Source: a virus
Length of the DNA stretch: 64,000 nucleotides
Strand: one strand, 5' to 3'
IMG/VR virus record: IMGVR_UViG_3300021141_000001
Below, piece after piece: positions 58,253 through 64,000 of the stretch (the first letter of the stretch is position 1; each line of letters opens with the position of its first letter). Both the position numbers and the translations under genes were made by a program. The notes beneath the pieces are model-generated. The model was not told the DNA's origin, searched no databases, and was given only the letters and a program-made list of their open reading frames with translations.

Positions 58253-58284
58253 ATTGTATATATAAATTTTTATTTGTATCTTTG
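58253..58284 (+). promoter_or_regulatory. Bacteroidetes-type promoter, probably leaderless
   Basis: ATTG - 20 nt - TATCTTTG, ending 4 nt before ATG 58289. Confidence 0.55.
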
Positions 58285-58288
58285 TTCC

Positions 58289-58762
58289 ATGTTAGAAATG
58301 AAAGGCATATTAGAATTCGACCCAGTTAACGTCACCAAGAAGCACTTAGCACAGTCTTCTTGGAAGAGAACTGCTATGGTTAGATTTGACTGTGACCTTT
58401 ATGCTTACTACTCTTGGTTCTTAGAAAAAAGATTCAACTTAAAACTAAACAAACCTTTAAGAGGAACTCACTTAACTATCATCAATGATAGATTTGAGTC
58501 TGATGAATTATATGCTCAAGCTCGTCAGTTATTTCACGGTAAAGAAATCACTGTAAAATACGATCCTGCTTTAATTCGTGCTAATCACAAAGGTCACTGG
58601 TGGATTGGTGCTGATAGTGATGATGCTAGAAACATTAGAAGTGTTATTGGATTAGATCCTAACCCTTACTTTGGTTTTCACATCACTGTTGGTTTAGCTA
58701 CTCACTTACAATTAGAACACTCTAAATATATCTTAGACCAATGTATAAGATTCAGCCTGTAA
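58289..58762 (+). CDS. 2H phosphoesterase
   Basis: Two HxT motifs: THLTII and FHITVG. Confidence 0.8.
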   Translation: MLEMKGILEFDPVNVTKKHLAQSSWKRTAMVRFDCDLYAYYSWFLEKRFNLKLNKPLRGTHLTIINDRFESDELYAQARQLFHGKEITVKYDPALIRANHKGHWWIGADSDDARNIRSVIGLDPNPYFGFHITVGLATHLQLEHSKYILDQCIRFSL

Positions 58763-58818
58763 TATAAACTTTAATAGGTCATTAAAGTATAAATTAAAAA
58801 TTAAAAATTAAAAATAAT

Positions 58819-59658
58819 ATGAATTATTGGATTACTTATTCTGATAAAAACTATATGAAAAATACAGATATTTTATTAAGTCTGTTAGATAAATTTTCAA
58901 ATATAAAATTAATATTTTTTACTCTTGGTTTTGAGTATGATAATAATTATGAAAATGTTATTCCTATTTATTATGATTTAAATGGTAAAGGTATACCAGA
59001 GATTAAGTTTCTAAAGGCTGAGTTGTGTCAAAAAGCTTTAGAATATGATAAAGAAGCTAACTTTTGTTTTTTAGATGCTGATATTACACCAACTAGGAAT
59101 TGTGATTCTATATTTAATAATATTAACTATATCACAAATTATCCTTTAGTTACAAGACATGCTTATGATTTTATAAATCACTTCAATCAGGAGATTGATA
59201 AAAATCATGAGATAAATCTCTTAAATTATATAGATTCGTCTATTGATAAAAGAACATTGTTTTACAAACAAACTTGTGTTGTTCTTTTTAATTATGGATG
59301 TTTAGATATAATTAATCAATGGGTTGTTTTATGTAATGATAAATTTATTGTTGATAATAAAAATAAATTTGCTCCAGTTCATGAAGAAAGTATCTTAAAT
59401 GCTTTATTATGGAAATATGACTATAATAATTGTTTACAAGAATTACATATGGATGTTCCTCACTTCAACTATAACAATGTTTTTGATTTTATTCATACTT
59501 TGAGAAATCCAAAGGATTATGCGGACTTTTTCTGTGACTGGGTAAAAGTGCCATCTAGAGAAAGTATAAATAATGTTTGCTTTCTACATGGTTTAATCTA
59601 CAATGATGCTAAAATTCCACTATTACATTTTTTAGAAAAGTATTTCCAAAATGGATGA
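58819..59658 (+). CDS. GT-A glycosyltransferase-like protein
   Basis: K.....LDAD, HEESILN, FLHG. Confidence 0.65.
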   Translation: MNYWITYSDKNYMKNTDILLSLLDKFSNIKLIFFTLGFEYDNNYENVIPIYYDLNGKGIPEIKFLKAELCQKALEYDKEANFCFLDADITPTRNCDSIFNNINYITNYPLVTRHAYDFINHFNQEIDKNHEINLLNYIDSSIDKRTLFYKQTCVVLFNYGCLDIINQWVVLCNDKFIVDNKNKFAPVHEESILNALLWKYDYNNCLQELHMDVPHFNYNNVFDFIHTLRNPKDYADFFCDWVKVPSRESINNVCFLHGLIYNDAKIPLLHFLEKYFQNG

Positions 59659-60001
59659 TTTTTTTGATAGCTTTAAGGGTAAGCCTAAATATGACCATAA
59701 AGTCAGAGTAGTTCATTTTAAGAAAGAACACTTTGATATTTATATTGGTCGACTTCCAAATGGTAAGTACAATAAATGGGCTTACCCTAAAGAACTTCGT
59801 GAATCATTTCTAGAAGGAACACCAAGAAAAACAATCGTAGATGCTTATGAGAATTATCTCATAAATAATGAAGAACTAATGAATTCACTTCATGAATTAA
59901 AAGATAAAGTTCTTGGATGTTGGTGTAAAGATGAAGGTGGTAAAGGTAAATCTTGCCACGGTGATATTTTAGTAAAGTGGGTAAAAAGGAATTGTAATTA
60001 A
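59651..60001 (+). CDS. DUF4326 protein
   Basis: DIYIGR, KW, ELKDKVLGCWC, CHGDIL. Confidence 0.85.
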   Translation: MDDFFDSFKGKPKYDHKVRVVHFKKEHFDIYIGRLPNGKYNKWAYPKELRESFLEGTPRKTIVDAYENYLINNEELMNSLHELKDKVLGCWCKDEGGKGKSCHGDILVKWVKRNCN

Positions 60002-60003
60002 AT

Positions 60004-60519
60004 TTATTTAGTCTTACTTGAAATCCAAGCACTGGCTAGTATAGAAATAGTTAAGGCCATTGCGCCAGTAAAAACTCCCCAGAAATTATTATTTATAACA
60101 CCACTAACAATCATAAATATTGACAAAATTGGACCTCCAAGTCCAAAAATATATGAAAAGAATTTCAATAATTTCTCTTTAATATAGTCACCAAGACCTT
60201 CTTGAACTGCCTCAAGTTCTTTATCTTTATTTCTCATTATTATTTCTCTATCTAACCACTCTTTTACTAATACTGGATTTGTTAAATCTTCTAAAGTACA
60301 TCCAAACTTTTCAGTTAATTTTTCTAACTCTTCAGAGACTTTTAATTTATCCAAACTATTCATTTTATTTATTATGTCAGTAGTCTCATGCTTAATTTTC
60401 ACATCTTCTTCTTTGTTTAAGTGTAAATCCTCAACATTATATTGATATAAATCTTTATCATGAAAATGTAGATGAGTAGTGTTCTCATTAAATTGTTTAA
60501 AGGTCTTTATTGATTTCAT
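60004..60519 (-). CDS. Two-TM protein with capsid-targeting-like leader
   Basis: MKSIKTFKQFNE; C-terminal hydrophobic hairpin. Confidence 0.6.
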   Translation of the reverse strand: MKSIKTFKQFNENTTHLHFHDKDLYQYNVEDLHLNKEEDVKIKHETTDIINKMNSLDKLKVSEELEKLTEKFGCTLEDLTNPVLVKEWLDREIIMRNKDKELEAVQEGLGDYIKEKLLKFFSYIFGLGGPILSIFMIVSGVINNNFWGVFTGAMALTISILASAWISSKTK

Positions 60520-60534
60520 TCTAAATTTAATATT

Positions 60535-62397
60535 TTAATGTGCGTGAACAAAACTATAGAATCCTTTACATACATTCGGTAATAAAGGAGCTTTACTTGC
60601 TAAATTTTTACCCCAAGAAGTCTCTGTAAAGATATATCCAAGAGTTGCTAAAATTAAAAGTATCAGTGATATTGTCTCAAATGCTGCGTGTAATCCAGGT
60701 ATAGCATGTGTGAAAAGAGATACTAAGAAGGCTAAAAGGAGACTACCGGCTCCAATCGCTAATCCTTTCCAATTAATTCCCTTTCCTTCTCCACCTTCTG
60801 ATTCGTTAACTTTTTTGAAATCTTCAAATTTACTCACTCTGGATTCCTTGGCTATGGGAATGCCAACTTCTGCCAAAACTTCTTTAGATTTTTCCACTGC
60901 TCCACCTAGCCCAATCATTTCACCAGATTTCTCAATCCATTCTCCTGGTAAATGTGTCGTTAAGGCAAATGATTCAGCAGCAACTCCTGCTATAAAGCCA
61001 ATTAATGTACCAATCATTGTAAATTTAGCAGCGTATGAAACAAGATTTTTCGCACCTTCATATAAAACCCCTAATTTACCTGATAACCACGCTGGTAAAG
61101 CGGCCATTCCTTTTGCCACAACCTCTCCGAGAATTTCCATAAGTTTTCCAAAAGGTGATAAAACCCATAATACTAAATTTTTAACCCAGCCTTTAATTCC
61201 TCTCGATTCGGTTTTTTTACCTTCTTTTTCAACTTGTTCTTCTGTATTGTCAGCCTCAAATATCTTCTCAATTTTAGTTTCGTGAAGTTTAATGAGTTCA
61301 ATTGTATCAAAATTTCTATTCATTGACATATACCCTTTAAGAGAGTCCCAAATAAAACTATCATTGACAACTTCTTTTTTATCTTCTTTTTCAGGAGTAG
61401 ATTCTTTACCTTCTTCAGAATTTCCTTCTTCTCCTGTCGATAAAATTTTATTAGCCGAAGAACTTGCTACTTCCTCAAATGACCCACCAACCGATCCACT
61501 TATTTCACCTCTGAAATATTTCACCATATCTTTGACATCCGCACCAACTGTCTTCACTTCTTCGCCTAATTTAGTGGCATCTACTTTTTCCCCTAATTTT
61601 GTCATTTTCTGAAGTTTAGGCTTCAACCCTGGTAATACTTTTACAGCATGTGTTTTTATGAAACCCCAAACTTTCATCAATACTTCTTTAATCTTAGCCC
61701 AAATCTCTTTAACTATATTAGCAATTTTTTGTGCAAAATCCTTTAATGAGGCATAAACTCCGTCAAATATAGATTTGGATGTTTTCATAAAATCATCAAT
61801 TGAATTGAGAACCTTTTTTGCGGTTGTTTCAATAGCAGCTACTACTTCTGGACCAAATAGTTTTGTTGCTACATTTTTAAGAGCCTCAAGTCCAGGTTTG
61901 AAAATATCTTCAACAATAGAGTCCCAAACAACTTTAGCACTTGAAGAAAGAAAGTTCCAAATCTTAGATAGACCTTTTTTAACAACTTCAGTTCCTGCAT
62001 TTACCTTATCTTTAATCCAATCTACTAAACCTTCACTCATTATAATTGACTCTAAGTTTTCCTCAATTAATTTTATATCAGCTTCTGAAATGTTTTTACT
62101 TTCTAAATAAGTTCTTGTTTCTTTTGCAATATCTTTTATTCCGTCTTGATAAAACTTAGCACACACCATGTTCTTAGTATCCTGAAGTAATTCCTTATCT
62201 TCTAGAATAAGACCATAACTTTCATTGATTCTTATGTTATTTTTAAGATGAATTGTTACAACATCATGTTTTTTACCTTCATAGCAGATTGATTCAAATT
62301 CTCTTATCTTCATATCATTAATGAAACTAATCTTTTGGGCTCTTTTAGTAGCCATTTGCTTTAAGTAAAAATCATTGTATCGATTAAGTCTTGCCAT
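60535..62397 (-). CDS. Large amphipathic-helix membrane protein (candidate ejection protein)
   Basis: Trp-spaced helices (SKIWNFL, VVWDSI, EIWAKI, KVWGFI), C-terminal TM segments, internal VSKFEDFKKVNE. Confidence 0.5.
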   Translation of the reverse strand: MARLNRYNDFYLKQMATKRAQKISFINDMKIREFESICYEGKKHDVVTIHLKNNIRINESYGLILEDKELLQDTKNMVCAKFYQDGIKDIAKETRTYLESKNISEADIKLIEENLESIIMSEGLVDWIKDKVNAGTEVVKKGLSKIWNFLSSSAKVVWDSIVEDIFKPGLEALKNVATKLFGPEVVAAIETTAKKVLNSIDDFMKTSKSIFDGVYASLKDFAQKIANIVKEIWAKIKEVLMKVWGFIKTHAVKVLPGLKPKLQKMTKLGEKVDATKLGEEVKTVGADVKDMVKYFRGEISGSVGGSFEEVASSSANKILSTGEEGNSEEGKESTPEKEDKKEVVNDSFIWDSLKGYMSMNRNFDTIELIKLHETKIEKIFEADNTEEQVEKEGKKTESRGIKGWVKNLVLWVLSPFGKLMEILGEVVAKGMAALPAWLSGKLGVLYEGAKNLVSYAAKFTMIGTLIGFIAGVAAESFALTTHLPGEWIEKSGEMIGLGGAVEKSKEVLAEVGIPIAKESRVSKFEDFKKVNESEGGEGKGINWKGLAIGAGSLLLAFLVSLFTHAIPGLHAAFETISLILLILATLGYIFTETSWGKNLASKAPLLPNVCKGFYSFVHAH

Positions 62398-62482
62398 ATT
62401 ATATTTTAATTTTTTACAGGATATATATTAAAATATAAACCTTTTTTTTTTCAATTTATATAACCTTAATAAAATTATATCT

Positions 62483-63268
62483 ATGCCAGAGTTAGCAGAA
62501 TTGAAAATAATGTCTGATTATATTAATCAGAATGTCAAAGACAAAACATTTACAAAACTATATCACGTTGAAAAAGGAAATATTCCTGTTGATTCAAATC
62601 TAATTGAAAAATTCAAACTTGAAGCTGACTCTAATGGTAAAGAGTTAGTATTAAAGTTATATAATGATAATGTTGATATTAGTATCTCAGTTTTTATGGG
62701 TATGTCTGGTAATTGGCTTTTTACACCAACAGAAACTTGGTCTGATAGAAAGTTCACTAGAATGAGATTAGATACTACTGATGGTAGTTCACTACTTCTT
62801 TATGGTCTTTATATGGGTCCTAAATATAGAGTTGGTGGCTTTACTGGTGTTAAAAGAGGTCTTGACCCAACTAAAGAATTTGATAGTTTCAAGAATGTAG
62901 TTATATCTAATTTAGATAAAAAGGTTTTTGACAAACCTATTTGTGAGGCTTTATTAGACCAAAAATATTTCAATGGTATTGGTAACTATTTAAGAAGCAC
63001 AATTCTTTATTACTTAGATGTTAATCCTTTTGAAACGGCTAGAACTATTATCAAATCACATCCACAAGTTTTAGATATGTGTAAGGATATTCCTATGAAG
63101 GCATATGAACTAAATGGTGGTCAGTTACAAGATTGGAAGAATCCATTTGATACAGACTTTGAAGAATTCAAAAAATGGGTATTCTATCAAAAAGGAATTT
63201 CTTGTAAAGATAATACCGGAAGAACCTTCTGGTTCAATGAAAAGTGGAAAGATAGTTGTCCATACTAA
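62483..63268 (+). CDS. Fpg/Nei-family DNA glycosylase
   Basis: MPELAE, GKE, GMSG, LLDQKYFNGIGNYLRS (H2TH), GRTFW. Confidence 0.9.
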   Translation: MPELAELKIMSDYINQNVKDKTFTKLYHVEKGNIPVDSNLIEKFKLEADSNGKELVLKLYNDNVDISISVFMGMSGNWLFTPTETWSDRKFTRMRLDTTDGSSLLLYGLYMGPKYRVGGFTGVKRGLDPTKEFDSFKNVVISNLDKKVFDKPICEALLDQKYFNGIGNYLRSTILYYLDVNPFETARTIIKSHPQVLDMCKDIPMKAYELNGGQLQDWKNPFDTDFEEFKKWVFYQKGISCKDNTGRTFWFNEKWKDSCPY

Positions 63269-63299
63269 AACATATTTCTATTATTTAATATAATAATTG

Positions 63300-63776
63300 A
63301 TGTTTGATAAAAATTTCAATATTATACATGGTGATAGAATTTCTGGTAGAACAGAGTTTCTATTTAATATTTCTAATAGTTTTAATAAAGTAGGATTAAA
63401 ACTATTTTTCTTATCATGTACAGGTGATATTGAGACTAAAGATAGATTTAATGATATCTTTGATGATTATAGAATTATAAACACATTTGATGAAGTCAAT
63501 AATTATAAAGTAATAGAAGTTGTAAAAGAACTATCTGAAAAAAGAAAGTATAATTTTCTAATTATAGATGATATTGATTACTTGCCAAAATCTTGTGTTG
63601 ATTTATTATCAGAAATAGATACTTCTAAAATTGTAACTTGTTTAAGTGACAATTATAAAAAACTACCTGAAGAATCTAATTTTTATAATATAAGTGATGT
63701 TAGTGATTTATCTAATATTGATGAAATTGTTAAAAAAATAATTAGAGACCAAAAAATAAATTCAGTATTAAAATGA
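63300..63776 (+). CDS. Degenerate P-loop NTPase-like protein ending IRDQKINSVLK
   Basis: HGDRISGRT (Walker A with K->R); LIIDD (Walker B). Confidence 0.5.
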   Translation: MFDKNFNIIHGDRISGRTEFLFNISNSFNKVGLKLFFLSCTGDIETKDRFNDIFDDYRIINTFDEVNNYKVIEVVKELSEKRKYNFLIIDDIDYLPKSCVDLLSEIDTSKIVTCLSDNYKKLPEESNFYNISDVSDLSNIDEIVKKIIRDQKINSVLK

Positions 63777-64000
63777 TTAAAGCAGATAAATATTACATCG
63801 ATAATCTAAATCGAATTGTCTTAGAAGATGGTGACGGAACTTGGGATGAGAATCCAAGACCAAAGTATATTGATGGTCAACCTGGTCATAGTAAATTTAT
63901 AACTCAAATATTTGAAGAGTATGATTTATCAAAAGGAGAGTTTCCAATTACTACATTAAGAAACACCGCAATTAAAACAGGTATCAGAGAGATACTTTGG
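63773..64000 (+). CDS. thyA: Thymidylate synthase, 3'-truncated by the window edge
   Basis: MIKADKYY...ENPRPKY...YDLSKGEFPITTLRNTAIKTGIREILW. Confidence 0.85.
   Translation, partial: MIKADKYYIDNLNRIVLEDGDGTWDENPRPKYIDGQPGHSKFITQIFEEYDLSKGEFPITTLRNTAIKTGIREILW

Noticed and set aside
60710-62110. Long plus-strand ORFs opposite the 620-aa gene (also 10345, 11383, 12147, 26407, 32881 and 34970)
   Set aside because: They are antisense shadows caused by codon bias, with no promoters or recognisable motifs.
1-64000. Stop-codon reassignment as seen in some jumbo phages
   Set aside because: Core genes are full length under the standard code and coding density is high.

Overview
This is an AT-rich segment of a T4-like jumbo myophage genome in the standard genetic code. 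The host is most likely a Bacteroidetes/Flavobacterium-type bacterium, inferred from TTTG-N19/20-TAnnTTTG promoters and A-rich leaders without Shine-Dalgarno sequences. Structural and packaging genes are scattered on both strands: tail tube, a 1301-aa sheath, gp25, gp26/51, gp15, TerL, gp4, gp2, portal, a fused protease-scaffold and the major capsid protein. The window also carries gp47, gp44, gp55, ThyA, Dam, Fpg/Nei, GlnII, RNase R, ClpS, NFACT-R, NADAR, a 2H phosphoesterase, two M28-like peptidases, a glycosyltransferase island and an unannotated tmRNA with an unusual 30-aa tag. The most notable patterns not explained by the gene list are: (1) about 10 unrelated proteins, including enzymes and membrane proteins, share a capsid-targeting-like N-terminal leader; (2) a different set of 8 proteins, including two truncated capsid-protein homologues, share a short R-x-x-K-I-N-x-I-L motif; (3) three promoter classes can be read directly, and the late motif is palindromic and appears bidirectional; (4) a dispersed ribosome-rescue and RNA quality-control set is present. 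All assignments come from motif recognition by eye; no searches were run.
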